64,000 bases of DNA from a virus (taxonomy: Duplodnaviria; Caudoviricetes), in the IMG/VR virus record IMGVR_UViG_3300028380_000482, positions 32,001 to 96,000 of that record; one strand, 5' to 3'. Numbering within the stretch: position 1 is the first letter of the stretch; every line of letters starts with the position of its first letter. This document shows positions 28,362 through 38,412 of the stretch, one piece after another. Position numbers and translations under genes: made by a program. The notes beneath the pieces are model-generated. The model had not been told where the DNA came from. It made no database searches and worked only from the letters and a program-made list of their open reading frames with translations.

Positions 28362-28874
28362 TCATGGTAACTGCCACGCATTCAAGACATCGTCGTAGCT
28401 GAACGTGCCTTCAAAGGTCAGCGTGGAAGGGCTCGACGTACTGGCAGGGGATTGCGGCGTGGCATAAATCTTCTCGCCGCGATTGGCGAGACGCCGTGCC
28501 ATTGCCAGCAAATGTGTCCGTTGCGCCGTGCCTGGCCCCCCACTAAAGATGTCGGCCCAGCCTTGCCGGACGTTGGGCAGCGAGGGATTCACGCCCGCCC
28601 GATCCGAGAACATATCGCCCCAACAATCACGCTCCCCCTGCGAACGGGCAATGTAGATCGTATAATTCCACGTCGTGCCATCGACCGAGGTACTACTAAC
28701 AATCTCCGCTTTCGTGAGTGACGTGCGCCACACCCAGAAATCGGGCTGGGCAGGCAAGGCATACATCGCCGCAATCATCGCGGCATTCTCGGTCGTGTGT
28801 TCGAGCGCATTCATGACCGGGTTCTTTGCCATATCCGCTTTGAGGGCGGACCATTGTTCTGGGGTCAGTGCCAT
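28362..28874 (-). CDS. Hypothetical phage protein
   Basis: GAGGAGG RBS; MALTPEQ..ALKAD start. Confidence 0.65.
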   Translation of the reverse strand: MALTPEQWSALKADMAKNPVMNALEHTTENAAMIAAMYALPAQPDFWVWRTSLTKAEIVSSTSVDGTTWNYTIYIARSQGERDCWGDMFSDRAGVNPSLPNVRQGWADIFSGGPGTAQRTHLLAMARRLANRGEKIYATPQSPASTSSPSTLTFEGTFSYDDVLNAWQLP

Positions 28875-29023
28875 TGGTTCCTCCTCTAACTCTTCACGAG
28901 AGGCTGCCTCACAAACTGTGTGGCATTTGAAAAATGGTGGGGATGGGTTATAGTAGAGGGAGTCGTCTTACCGATGCTGACAACACCGGTAAGACAAGCA
29001 CCACCATGAAAGGATACTTCACG

Positions 29024-29800
29024 ATGGAACCTTCCTCTCGTTCTAGCAAATCCAATCCCGAATTGACAGGTTTGACAAATCGCATGAAGGCTATCAAAGC
29101 CTACAATGCGAAAAAGTTGGCCGTGCCTGCCTATGTTCTGTCTAAGATCCCGGTTCCCCCTAAACAGTGTATTGCTGAAGGATGCGAGAAGACGCGGTTT
29201 GCACGTGGGTTGTGTAGTACACACTACACCCGCGCCGTGCGTCGAGAAACTCTTCCGACCATCAGGGTTCGTCACGTTGATCCTACCGCCATTGTTATTG
29301 ATCCTATGGAAGCCTCGTGGCTGGCCGGGTTCTTCGATGGGGAAGGGTCGATTTCTATTACCAAATGCGAACCAGGAAACTCGTTTCGACGTACTCCGGC
29401 GTTCAACTTGGTTGTGGCGATGGGAAACACAGACGAAACCGCTGTCCGGGCATACTGTTGTAGTTTTGGCGGGGCCGTTATTCCCCGACAAAGTGCGACC
29501 CCTAGTCGCCGAAAAATGTGGTATTGGAGCGCAGGACAGTGGAACGCCTTGCGATTTCTCAACACTCTTCGTCCTTATTTGCGAGTTAAACATCAACAGG
29601 CTGACGTTGCCGGACTTTTTATGGCAACCTTTCTTCCTTCGGGTTGGGGATGGGCTAAGCCCGTACCGCCAGATCTCATCGAACAGCGCCGTTGTTTGTA
29701 TTTCCGTATGATGGAACTGAATAACGGTGTTGCGTGGCGTAAGCATATAGATTCACAAAAAGTTATCAACTCTTCACTACGACATACTCCGCGCTCATAA
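29024..29800 (+). CDS. Free-standing LAGLIDADG homing endonuclease with Zn ribbon, antisense to the late operon
   Basis: WLAGFFDGEGS, LRPYLRVKHQQA, CIAEGC...GLCSTHY; own promoter TTGAAA-16-TATAGT (28927-28954) and AAGGA RBS. Confidence 0.85.
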   Translation: MEPSSRSSKSNPELTGLTNRMKAIKAYNAKKLAVPAYVLSKIPVPPKQCIAEGCEKTRFARGLCSTHYTRAVRRETLPTIRVRHVDPTAIVIDPMEASWLAGFFDGEGSISITKCEPGNSFRRTPAFNLVVAMGNTDETAVRAYCCSFGGAVIPRQSATPSRRKMWYWSAGQWNALRFLNTLRPYLRVKHQQADVAGLFMATFLPSGWGWAKPVPPDLIEQRRCLYFRMMELNNGVAWRKHIDSQKVINSSLRHTPRS

Positions 29801-30761
29801 ACACGCTCGAAACCCCTACGCTGAGCGCCCCATTAAAGGCGGTGTTTTCTGAGATGATTCTTCGCGACGGGCTGTAGTTCTCTCCACCACCGTTCGCTGC
29901 TGCCGCGAGGTAGGCAAACGTGGTCGCGCCGTCTTTCAAATCTACCCGTGTGAGCGTCGCGCTCGTGTTATAGGACTTGACCGTGCGGAGCATGATCGAC
30001 TTATTTGCTCCTGGCGCCGCGACAATCGCGACATCCCCCGTGCCAGTGAGAGTTGCCACGGCCGGCAGCGACGGGGCATTAGAGCGTGAGCCATCGAGCA
30101 CGGGTAACGGCCAGGGGTTCTTTTTACACTCAATGCGCAGTGTGGTCGTCAATGTTCCGCCGTTCACATACAGGACCCGGAAGAACTCACCAAACAAGTT
30201 GACGCTAAAAGAGGCGGCTTGTCCGGCGGCGACGTTCCGGTAATCGGCAATGTCCCAGTTGGTACCGTCCACACTTTGTTCCACCGCCAGTCCATCGGCA
30301 GCCGAGGCGTGCGAAGACAGCACCATCACAGTGACACTGGCGTAACTGAGCGTACTCTCGCCCGTGCCGGTGAAGGTGGCCCCGCCCGCTAAGTTTGTGG
30401 TACTGCTATTCGCCGTTGAGATTACTGCTGGTGCCACTATATCTATCCAACTTGGGTTTTGACTGCTTCCGTTTGTACTGAGCACCTGCCCAGCACTGCC
30501 GGGACCGAGCGGCACCCATGCACTTGCACTGCGGTAGAGAATCGATCCTTGGGTTGCAGAGAGCGTATCCAAAATGGCAGACGCCGCCGCGTTGATCGTC
30601 GCATCCCCTGTACCCGCATCGGCACCCGTAGCACTGATTGTGATGCCAGTTCCTTGAATAACTTTCGCCAGTACGGCAGAGCCGGACGTGGTGACATCGA
30701 GGTCAGACCGTTTGACTTCTCCCGCGCCAATTTGGGGTGAGCGAACCTGTGTAATTGCCAC
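29766..30761 (-). CDS. Tail fibre-like protein
   Basis: QGSILYRSASAWVPLGPGSAGQVLSTNG fibre motif; no signal peptide. Confidence 0.7.
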   Translation of the reverse strand: MAITQVRSPQIGAGEVKRSDLDVTTSGSAVLAKVIQGTGITISATGADAGTGDATINAAASAILDTLSATQGSILYRSASAWVPLGPGSAGQVLSTNGSSQNPSWIDIVAPAVISTANSSTTNLAGGATFTGTGESTLSYASVTVMVLSSHASAADGLAVEQSVDGTNWDIADYRNVAAGQAASFSVNLFGEFFRVLYVNGGTLTTTLRIECKKNPWPLPVLDGSRSNAPSLPAVATLTGTGDVAIVAAPGANKSIMLRTVKSYNTSATLTRVDLKDGATTFAYLAAAANGGGENYSPSRRIISENTAFNGALSVGVSSVFMSAEYVVVKS

Positions 30762-30777
30762 AATGGAGTGTGCCCCT

Positions 30778-31929
30778 CTACGCGACCGCGTAGCTCACGC
30801 GGATTTTATCCCCGGTCTGCAACACAACGAGTGACGTGATTACTGCCGCCGCAATGGTATAGTCATTCCCTGCCCCTGGTTCCATGAGCAAACCGTTGAC
30901 GAACACCTCCTCACTCCCGGCAATCGGCGTATTCGCTAGCGTGTAAGAAGTATTTGATCCATTCACTAATCCTGTGGGCGTTTCCCGCACAATGCGGCGT
31001 CCCGAGGTCACTTTCAGCCCGGTCGAACTACTTGTGAGTGAGGTGCCGTCGAGCTTCACCTGCAACGCGTCAGTGACAATTTCTATACCGCCCGCCGCCG
31101 CCACATTCACAGAAAGTGCAGTACCTGCGCCACCGGCGAGACCATTCCCCGCTACGGCGGCGGCAATCTGCGTAGCCGTGATTCCGGCGTCGGCGACTTT
31201 CGCACCGGTCCCACTCGTTGTGAGAGTCGTGCCATCGAGCTTGATTCTGACGCCGGTCGAAGTTTCTAATCCCCCCGTAGTATTGAGATTCACTGAGACG
31301 GCATCGGCAGCCACGGTCAGCGAGGTATCCGCAGTGACTACATCAAACGTCGAGCCCGTGAGGGTGAGCCCCGCCCCGGCTGAATAGGACGTTCCGCCTG
31401 CGAACAGCGTGAAGACGAGGGGAGTTGTACCAAGGGTAATCGGATCATTGGTAGTGAGGATGAACTGCTTGTCGCCGTTCGTCGTCCCTTCGTTCACCCA
31501 CATCATCATCCCGCCTTTGACTTCGGCGGACACATCGGCATCAAGAGCACGGGTCCACGCGCCCGAGGCCACGAGATAAATGCCGTTATTCTGACCTGTG
31601 CTTTGGTCTTTGACTAAACACCGATCATTGACGCTGAGGGCGACGCCATCAACCGTTTGCGTGCCCGAGAGGGTAATGTTCGCCGTGGTGGCTGCCCGCA
31701 CCGGATCTTTGACAAGCACACCTTGCCGAGCAGCATCGACCTGGGCGACGGTTGCGGCATCGGTCCCCGCAACGCCTGCCAGCAGGTTAGTAATCTTAAA
31801 CCCACCGTGTGACTGATCGGCGGTGAAGGCGTTGACACCGTCCCCTCTGATAATGCCACTATCCACGCGGGTCTTATCAATCGAGGCAGATTGTATCTGT
31901 CTGTTCCCATTTATTTGGCTGAGCGCCAT
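30778..31929 (-). CDS. Tail fibre protein
   Basis: KDPVRAATTANITLSGTQTVDGV...NNGIY...AWTRALDAD domain; C-terminal VFVNGL domain; no signal peptide. Confidence 0.8.
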   Translation of the reverse strand: MALSQINGNRQIQSASIDKTRVDSGIIRGDGVNAFTADQSHGGFKITNLLAGVAGTDAATVAQVDAARQGVLVKDPVRAATTANITLSGTQTVDGVALSVNDRCLVKDQSTGQNNGIYLVASGAWTRALDADVSAEVKGGMMMWVNEGTTNGDKQFILTTNDPITLGTTPLVFTLFAGGTSYSAGAGLTLTGSTFDVVTADTSLTVAADAVSVNLNTTGGLETSTGVRIKLDGTTLTTSGTGAKVADAGITATQIAAAVAGNGLAGGAGTALSVNVAAAGGIEIVTDALQVKLDGTSLTSSSTGLKVTSGRRIVRETPTGLVNGSNTSYTLANTPIAGSEEVFVNGLLMEPGAGNDYTIAAAVITSLVVLQTGDKIRVSYAVA

Positions 31930-32053
31930 ATTCTATTTTCCTTCTGAAGAAGAACCTGTTACACTGATTAGGCGGCTAGAGAAGGCCTCTCGAACACTCA
32001 GTACCTCGCTGAGTTGCCGCGCACACCACGAGGGCATCATGAGGAGATGCGCC

Positions 32054-32662
32054 ATGTCTATCTTTCTTAATTACGCTACCCACCAAGCCGAAAAATTGCG
32101 TGTATTGTACCCCTTTCAACTCACGCCGAACGGGTGGAAATGGGTTGCGGTCTGTGAATGTGGGACAGTAAAAATTGTTCTGGGAGCCCATTTGAAAGTG
32201 CTGAAGAGTTGCGGATGTTGGAAACGTCAATATTGGCAGGCCCGCATTACCACGCATGGCCAAGGAGGAAATGGGAAAGCCAGAAGCAAAGTCTATAAAA
32301 CGTATTTGCAGGTTAAAGAGCGCTGCGAGAATCCGCGCACCCAGCACTATCCTCTCTACGGAGCACGCGGCATCCGCTGCGAATTTCAGTCGTTTGAAGA
32401 ATTTTATGCAACTTTGGGAGATCATCCGGGCACTGGCTATAGTATTGATCGCTACCCGAATAGAAGTGGCAACTACGCTCCTGGTAATGTCCGTTGGGCG
32501 ACACTGGCAGAGCAGAACAATAACAAACGTACAAACATCAACATCACCTACGACGGAAGAACGCAGACCCTTGCGCAGTGGGCGCATGAAAAACAGATGA
32601 GCGTCCCTCGTCTCCACTGGCAATACTACCAAGGGTGGTCTTACGAGCGAATGCTGAGTTAG
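32054..32662 (+). CDS. Free-standing HNH-type homing endonuclease, antisense to the late operon
   Basis: CECG...SCGC...KERCENP...YGARGI...SIDR...GNYAPGNVRWAT; GAGGAG RBS. Confidence 0.85.
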   Translation: MSIFLNYATHQAEKLRVLYPFQLTPNGWKWVAVCECGTVKIVLGAHLKVLKSCGCWKRQYWQARITTHGQGGNGKARSKVYKTYLQVKERCENPRTQHYPLYGARGIRCEFQSFEEFYATLGDHPGTGYSIDRYPNRSGNYAPGNVRWATLAEQNNNKRTNINITYDGRTQTLAQWAHEKQMSVPRLHWQYYQGWSYERMLS

Positions 32663-32694
32663 CTGCGTCGCTGGCATGCTAGTTGCCTTCCTGG

Positions 32695-33069
32695 TTATTG
32701 ATAGACAAATTCAAGAACATCGCCCCCGCCGGGCACGAACCCCGTGACAGTTACTGTGCTTCCTGCCACTGTGAAATTATCGTTCGTCTGCCGTAGTCCG
32801 TTCACATACATAGACACGGTATTCGCAGCCGGAGTCGTACTGAGGACAAAGACCGTCTGATTTCCACCGAGCGTGAACACATCTTCATGCCACGGAACCG
32901 AGGTGCCGCTTCCTGGTGCTCCGGCTGGTCCGACCGGCCCCTGCGGCCCTGGCGGTCCGACAATCCCCTGTGAGAGCAGCTCTGTGACGACAATCTCATG
33001 GACGACGGTATCGCCGTTGCTGGTCGAAAGAGATTCAGTCGTGACTTGTTGAATAAGAACATCACTCAC
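32695..33069 (-). CDS. Short collagen-repeat structural protein
   Basis: GPPGPQGPVGPAGAPG plus a MYVNGLRQ domain like the C-terminus of 30778-31929. Confidence 0.7.
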   Translation of the reverse strand: MSDVLIQQVTTESLSTSNGDTVVHEIVVTELLSQGIVGPPGPQGPVGPAGAPGSGTSVPWHEDVFTLGGNQTVFVLSTTPAANTVSMYVNGLRQTNDNFTVAGSTVTVTGFVPGGGDVLEFVYQ

Positions 33070-33452
33070 TATGGCCTCGTCACGATCAGGTGAATATCCA
33101 CCAGTCCTTTGCCGTCCGTCAGCTTGACTACGTCCTGCCCAGTCGGGAAGCTATACTTAATATCGAATACGGCATCACACACGGGCGCGAGTTCCGCCGT
33201 CTGTTCTTCGGTCAGACTCAGCTCCAACACGCCCGGATCTATCAACACCAACAATCCATCGGTTGCCGTTGGGCTGGTCGAAAACCGCAGCAGCACCGTC
33301 TCAGAGGCTAAGGTCGGGCGCACTTTAATTTCCGCCGTCGTACCAGCCGGAAACGGAACCAGCACCCCCTCGCTTTTCCATGTGATCGTCTCCGCGTAGG
33401 ACGCACCAATCAGGATCGAGAGCCGTAAAGCGGAGACAATCTGTTCGGTCAC
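33069..33452 (-). CDS. Putative fibre adaptor (BppU-like fold)
   Basis: IGASYAETITW...LSLTEEQTAEL...VFDI pattern; precedes fibre genes. Confidence 0.55.
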   Translation of the reverse strand: MTEQIVSALRLSILIGASYAETITWKSEGVLVPFPAGTTAEIKVRPTLASETVLLRFSTSPTATDGLLVLIDPGVLELSLTEEQTAELAPVCDAVFDIKYSFPTGQDVVKLTDGKGLVDIHLIVTRP

Positions 33453-35884
33453 TCCTCCTCCCTGCTTCCCTCATCATTTTTCTTTGGGGGTGCGACCGGC
33501 GGAGACGTTGCACTCGGCACAAACCCAAACATCGAATCATCGAGCCCCTTCCCACGGCGCAAGTAACTGAGCCGCGTCGGCCAAGGAATCGTCGATACAA
33601 TTGGCGTGGCCGCTCTGGCAGCCCCCTTCTCGCTACTAGAGGGTGTGAGCGCCTCATACACTTGCGGCTCGTTATTGGTTTTGTGAAGTCCCGAGCCTGA
33701 CACACTGCCGCCAATCCCCACGACAATGTTGTCTGACTCGCCGGTAATTTGCAGAATCCCTGGCGGCGTATTGCCTGGGACTTCCGCCATCTTCCCCACC
33801 CCGAAGAGGCCGATATTCTGCGAGTCGTGAATCAGGAGCGTCGGGCTGCGGCCTTCGCGCTTCATGCCGAAGATCCGCACATTCTTAGCGCCCGTGATTT
33901 CATTGCCCGCGTGTGGAATCACGCACATCTTGCCGAACTCAGTATTGAGCCCGTAGAAGCTGAGCGGCTCCGTCGTCCCGTTCACATAGACTTGGCGTGA
34001 GTCGTTGTTGCGATCGACCATCTTTTGCGCGACCACCTGGAGTCCGTAGTGCTTGCCACCGCCGCCGCCGTTAAACCACACGGCGTAGCGTTTCTGATTG
34101 ACGGGCGCCCCTGAAGCAAAGCAGTTCGCAAGGAAGGGGGCATCCAACGAGAGCCCAAAGGTCAAGGACTTCCGCCCCGCCCGCCAGCGCAGGTAATACA
34201 TCCAGTCGTTGGCGATCGGCGCATTACGGAGAAACAACGTAAAGTCAGTGGCCGTAGTCGTAGCGGTCGGATCGTTGTCAGTGAGGAGCATGGGGACAGG
34301 AGACGGCGGTTGCCAGGACTTGTGAGAGGCGATGATCGACTTATGGAGGCCCGGCCCCATCAGGACGGTGTTCTTCTTGAGCCGAATGAGGTTGCTCGTG
34401 TAGATGGTCCCACGCGGGAGCCACACGCGCCCATGTCCGGCTGCTGCTGCGGCAAGAATGGCATCTTGCAATGGCTTGGTGCTATCCGGCCCAGTATTGC
34501 CGACTTCCGGGTCGGTGCCGAGATAGCCGGTCGTGGGGCCGCCGTGCTCTTTGAGTTGGACAAAGGGGCCATCTTCGAAACTGGGAAAGTGACCGGGGAC
34601 GTGTCGCGAAAGCAGATCGCCGACCGGCGGCCCTGCGTTCGCCATGATGTCTTGAGCGACAATCGGCGCACTGCGTAACACACCGTCCACCACACTCCGC
34701 GATTCGAGCTTGTCGGTATTCTTCACGTAGGTCGGGAAAACCGAGGCTTTATTGCTGGCGTCAGCTTGGGTTTGGTCGTTATAGGCAAACTCCGCGATCC
34801 GGCTCCACGTGCCTTCCCCACAGATGACCGGGCCTCCGCATGCCATTGTCGCCCCACCCTTATTGCGAAAGAGCTTGGTCGTACCCGTGACGAAGACATT
34901 GTGTATGTACAGATCCCGCCCGTTGGGATTATCAATCGCAATCATGCCCTGGGCAGCGCCCCGCATCTCAATGGTTCCGTCATAGAGGACCATCCCCGTC
35001 TTCGCTTCAATGGCCGGGGCAGGCGTCGCGGCAGTGATCTTGAATCCGACAAGCACAATCGGCGACGCGTCGGTGCCTTCCGCCGCCGATATTTTTTGGT
35101 CAAGCAATTCGACGCCTGCGGCCATCGTCCCGTTGGGCGTGAACGGAATGCTGCTCCCGATGCGGATACCGTAATCGCCGCCGACACATTTTAGTTTCGC
35201 GGCGGGTCCGGTGCGCCCGGGCAGCCCGTAGAAGCACGCGAGACTGCCGGTGGCCTCAATCTGTACATCCCGCATGGCGGAATCTTGCGCGGCAGAGAAC
35301 GCCAGCCCGATAGCACCCGCGTTCCCATTGGTGTTGATACGGATGCCCTCCAATATTTCTCCAAAATTGGATTTCCCGAAGTCGTTGAAGTTAGCCGGAA
35401 GGCCGAGTGGGTCGAGTGGTTCCGCATTGGCTTTGGCATTCTGGTTGGCGGCTTGAAATGCACGCCACGCCATGACGGGGCGGGGACTACTCTTATTGGT
35501 AAACCCAGTCACGGCGGAGGTTTTGAGTTTCAATTCCGGCCAGCCCTGCGGACAATCCGACTCTCCCCGAAACACATGGTTATGCGGGTCCTGTGGCAGT
35601 GGCCCGCCCTTTTTCCAATTCACCCATTCATAGAGCTTGACCGTGTTCGTGACAGCGTAGGTCCCACATTCAAGATAGGTGGCGAGCTGGTTCTCGTGCG
35701 CGTCCTCGATACAGGTATTGAGCCCATTGGTTGAATCCCCGCTAAAGTCCTTATTAACGCCGGGATATTTGTTGCAGACCAACAGCCCAAGAAGAAAGCG
35801 AGAGTCTGTCTTGGCGGAGTCGGGAATGGATGCGTGCGCCTGAACAGAAAAAAGCAGTAAGAAAAGGCTGATAATTAACGCCAT
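33449..35884 (-). CDS. Secreted two-domain beta-helix glycanase-like protein (pectate lyase 3/GH55-like)
   Basis: Signal peptide ending QAHA; DSTNGLNTCIEDA...YLECGTY and DSTKPLQDAI...VWLPRGTI. Confidence 0.75.
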   Translation of the reverse strand: MALIISLFLLLFSVQAHASIPDSAKTDSRFLLGLLVCNKYPGVNKDFSGDSTNGLNTCIEDAHENQLATYLECGTYAVTNTVKLYEWVNWKKGGPLPQDPHNHVFRGESDCPQGWPELKLKTSAVTGFTNKSSPRPVMAWRAFQAANQNAKANAEPLDPLGLPANFNDFGKSNFGEILEGIRINTNGNAGAIGLAFSAAQDSAMRDVQIEATGSLACFYGLPGRTGPAAKLKCVGGDYGIRIGSSIPFTPNGTMAAGVELLDQKISAAEGTDASPIVLVGFKITAATPAPAIEAKTGMVLYDGTIEMRGAAQGMIAIDNPNGRDLYIHNVFVTGTTKLFRNKGGATMACGGPVICGEGTWSRIAEFAYNDQTQADASNKASVFPTYVKNTDKLESRSVVDGVLRSAPIVAQDIMANAGPPVGDLLSRHVPGHFPSFEDGPFVQLKEHGGPTTGYLGTDPEVGNTGPDSTKPLQDAILAAAAAGHGRVWLPRGTIYTSNLIRLKKNTVLMGPGLHKSIIASHKSWQPPSPVPMLLTDNDPTATTTATDFTLFLRNAPIANDWMYYLRWRAGRKSLTFGLSLDAPFLANCFASGAPVNQKRYAVWFNGGGGGKHYGLQVVAQKMVDRNNDSRQVYVNGTTEPLSFYGLNTEFGKMCVIPHAGNEITGAKNVRIFGMKREGRSPTLLIHDSQNIGLFGVGKMAEVPGNTPPGILQITGESDNIVVGIGGSVSGSGLHKTNNEPQVYEALTPSSSEKGAARAATPIVSTIPWPTRLSYLRRGKGLDDSMFGFVPSATSPPVAPPKKNDEGSREEE

Positions 35885-38412
35885 GTGCCTCCGGTCACCA
35901 TGCCGCTCACGCGATCACTGCGGGGATCGACGATGCGCGCCCGTGGCATATTCGCGGCATTTGGGTAAGTGTTGAGGGGATTGCCGCCCGCTTCACGGAC
36001 ATAGAAGTAGATATTCTGCCCTTGTGTGAGGGTATCTTTGAATTTGAGGGCGTAAATACATTCGGCCTCACTCCCCGCCCCCGCACTCCCGGACATAGTG
36101 ACGAACGGAATACTGTTGAAACTTTGAATCACCCCGCAGTCGATATTGGCGGTCTCATCACTGGCTAATAACTCCACACCGGGGATGAGAGAGCCGATGC
36201 CCAGCGCGGGCGTATAACAGACGGGGGCAGTACAGTCGTCTGTGACGGGGACGGCAGCAGTTTGCACGGTGGGGTCGGCAGGATCGACTTGATAGTAGAG
36301 CGGGAAGGGAACCGTCACATGACTGTTGACGGTATTGCGAATCTTGACAATGAGCCGGGCCTGCCCACCCGCGCTCGGCACCAGTTGCGCGTTCAAGGTG
36401 TTATAGAGCGGCGCGGTTGCGGCCCCGCCGACATTGGACTGCCACTGATACCTCGTCGTGGCAAGGATCGGCGTCCCACCATTTCCGCCCCCGAGGTTAT
36501 TGGTGGCAGTGATTGCAGGAGAGATGGAAAGCGCGGGAATCTTCGGTCCCCCGTTAATGGTTGGTGTCCCTGCCGTGACAAACCCCGTTGCCGCATTGTA
36601 GGCCACAGTCACGACTTGGGAACTTGTCGTAATCGTGTTGGTCGCAAAGGTAAAGTGAAAACACCGCAGCCCGGTAATAGTCGCAGGGCCGGTCGGAGTT
36701 TTCTGTACGCCAGCAACAACAAACGTCCAGCCTGTGAGGCTGGTTCCTTCCATTGGGATTGTGCCTTGATCATCTGCGTTCCAACAGACATCAACCTGAT
36801 CGGCAGCGAATACTTTGGCTTGCAGCACGGTCGGGGCACGATGGACGTAGAACACATAGCCGTCATCGTTCACGGCATTCGCTCCAATCGTGACGACATT
36901 GCCACTTTGGCTGACGTAACCAGTGACACAGGTCGCCGTCGGGGTGCCATTATCTTGCACTTCCAAGAAATAGAAGGTCGTGCATTTGGCATCGACAATC
37001 TTCTCCGTACTGAGCAGGTTGAAGGTGAGGCCGGTGCCGCTATGCTTGGTAAAGAAGAGTTTGTGATTCTGTTCGTAGTCTTTGTGCCGACTCCACGCCA
37101 TCTGCTGTGAGATAAAACTATTGGTGCTGGTATAGATATCCGTGCCTTCGGTCCACGTTCGCCCAGTGGCACCCCGTAAATTATCCCACGAGGGAATGGC
37201 CCGCAGCAAATAGATAGAGGTCAAGGCAAAGGTCGGATTGAGAGGCCCAATGAACCAGCCCCCCCACGCACTGATGCCCGTCGCGCCCCCAGAGGCCGCC
37301 GCCCGCCCTTCGATCAGTGCAGCTCCAGGGTAGCTCCGCTGGTGAAAGGTCGGTGCCGGTGAGGTGTTGGTGGGCGAGAGCCCAGTTTGCACCGCAGCGA
37401 CGGGAACAGGGGCGTAGGTGGTCGTGTCCTGTGTTCCGCAGCCGTTCGGCCACGGGTCGTCGAGGTAGCCAAGGCAGTCGCAGCCGTCACAAGCCCCGTT
37501 GCCACCTTTTCCACCACTGGACTCATTAAAGAGTAATTGAAAATTGAGGTCGGGGTCTCCGTAGACAGGGAAATTGTCCATCGTATACGGATTGCCACTC
37601 ATTCCCCCAAACGTGAGCCCGCCCGCGACAACGGCAGCGGCCATTTGGGTCCGCAAGTCCTTGGTGAATTTTTTCCGCCCGACTTCAAAACTGGCATTCG
37701 GGCTGGTCGCATTGGGGCAGTTCACTACAATCGGTTGCCCAGTAATAAACCGCGTTTCGTCAAGATATAATCCTGAATAGATTTTTTTGCCGCCGAGGTT
37801 GTCTTCGTGTAATTTTTTCACTCGCAGTTCTTGGTTAATATTCATTTGTATCCCGGCATCGTTGCGAAAATTGGGAACAAAAATGACTGCGTTCTTATTT
37901 TCCGCATGATAGAGCTGATATTTGAACGTGCCGGGATGGGCTTCGTCGTAGAGGTCGTTATAGGCCGAGGTCATCCCCCAAGCGGTCATACAGAGGGCCG
38001 TCTGCATGTCATCTAACACCTGCGAGGCCAGCGGAGAATTGAGCGGGAGGAAGCCCGCGCCGATAGCAATCTTCGTGGGCGAGGAAAATCCACTACTATC
38101 ACACGAGACCCCTGATCCCGGTTCGATACACGGATTATTGAGCCGCACCCATTTGGCGGCGCGGGCGTTGTTGGAGTTATATTGGACTTTGAGTCCTGCA
38201 TCGACCGCCGCCGAGGCTTTGGCGGTGGCGTAGGGTTCACCGATGATCCACTCATAGCCAAATTGTTTAGCAATGTTGGTAAACTTCGCCCAATCACTAT
38301 TGATCTTGCCATCATCGAGGACCGCAAACTGATTACGGAAGTCACCGGGAACAGCCGCAGCTCGGCTAGACAGGCTTAAAACCACAAAAAGTGAGAAGAG
38401 AAAGGCGTACAT
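35875..38412 (-). CDS. Secreted Cys-rich multidomain protein
   Basis: Signal peptide ending RAAA; many Cys pairs; SwmB-like segment PTVLQAKV...VTVAYN. Confidence 0.75.
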   Translation of the reverse strand: MYAFLFSLFVVLSLSSRAAAVPGDFRNQFAVLDDGKINSDWAKFTNIAKQFGYEWIIGEPYATAKASAAVDAGLKVQYNSNNARAAKWVRLNNPCIEPGSGVSCDSSGFSSPTKIAIGAGFLPLNSPLASQVLDDMQTALCMTAWGMTSAYNDLYDEAHPGTFKYQLYHAENKNAVIFVPNFRNDAGIQMNINQELRVKKLHEDNLGGKKIYSGLYLDETRFITGQPIVVNCPNATSPNASFEVGRKKFTKDLRTQMAAAVVAGGLTFGGMSGNPYTMDNFPVYGDPDLNFQLLFNESSGGKGGNGACDGCDCLGYLDDPWPNGCGTQDTTTYAPVPVAAVQTGLSPTNTSPAPTFHQRSYPGAALIEGRAAASGGATGISAWGGWFIGPLNPTFALTSIYLLRAIPSWDNLRGATGRTWTEGTDIYTSTNSFISQQMAWSRHKDYEQNHKLFFTKHSGTGLTFNLLSTEKIVDAKCTTFYFLEVQDNGTPTATCVTGYVSQSGNVVTIGANAVNDDGYVFYVHRAPTVLQAKVFAADQVDVCWNADDQGTIPMEGTSLTGWTFVVAGVQKTPTGPATITGLRCFHFTFATNTITTSSQVVTVAYNAATGFVTAGTPTINGGPKIPALSISPAITATNNLGGGNGGTPILATTRYQWQSNVGGAATAPLYNTLNAQLVPSAGGQARLIVKIRNTVNSHVTVPFPLYYQVDPADPTVQTAAVPVTDDCTAPVCYTPALGIGSLIPGVELLASDETANIDCGVIQSFNSIPFVTMSGSAGAGSEAECIYALKFKDTLTQGQNIYFYVREAGGNPLNTYPNAANMPRARIVDPRSDRVSGMVTGGTWR

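Noticed and set aside
28886-29746. 286-aa - strand ORF in the late operon direction
   Set aside because: Antisense shadow of the LAGLIDADG gene, with no recognisable motifs.
28880-32690. Group I introns around the homing endonucleases
   Set aside because: The endonucleases are antisense, flanking genes are intact, and there is too little flanking sequence for a ribozyme core.
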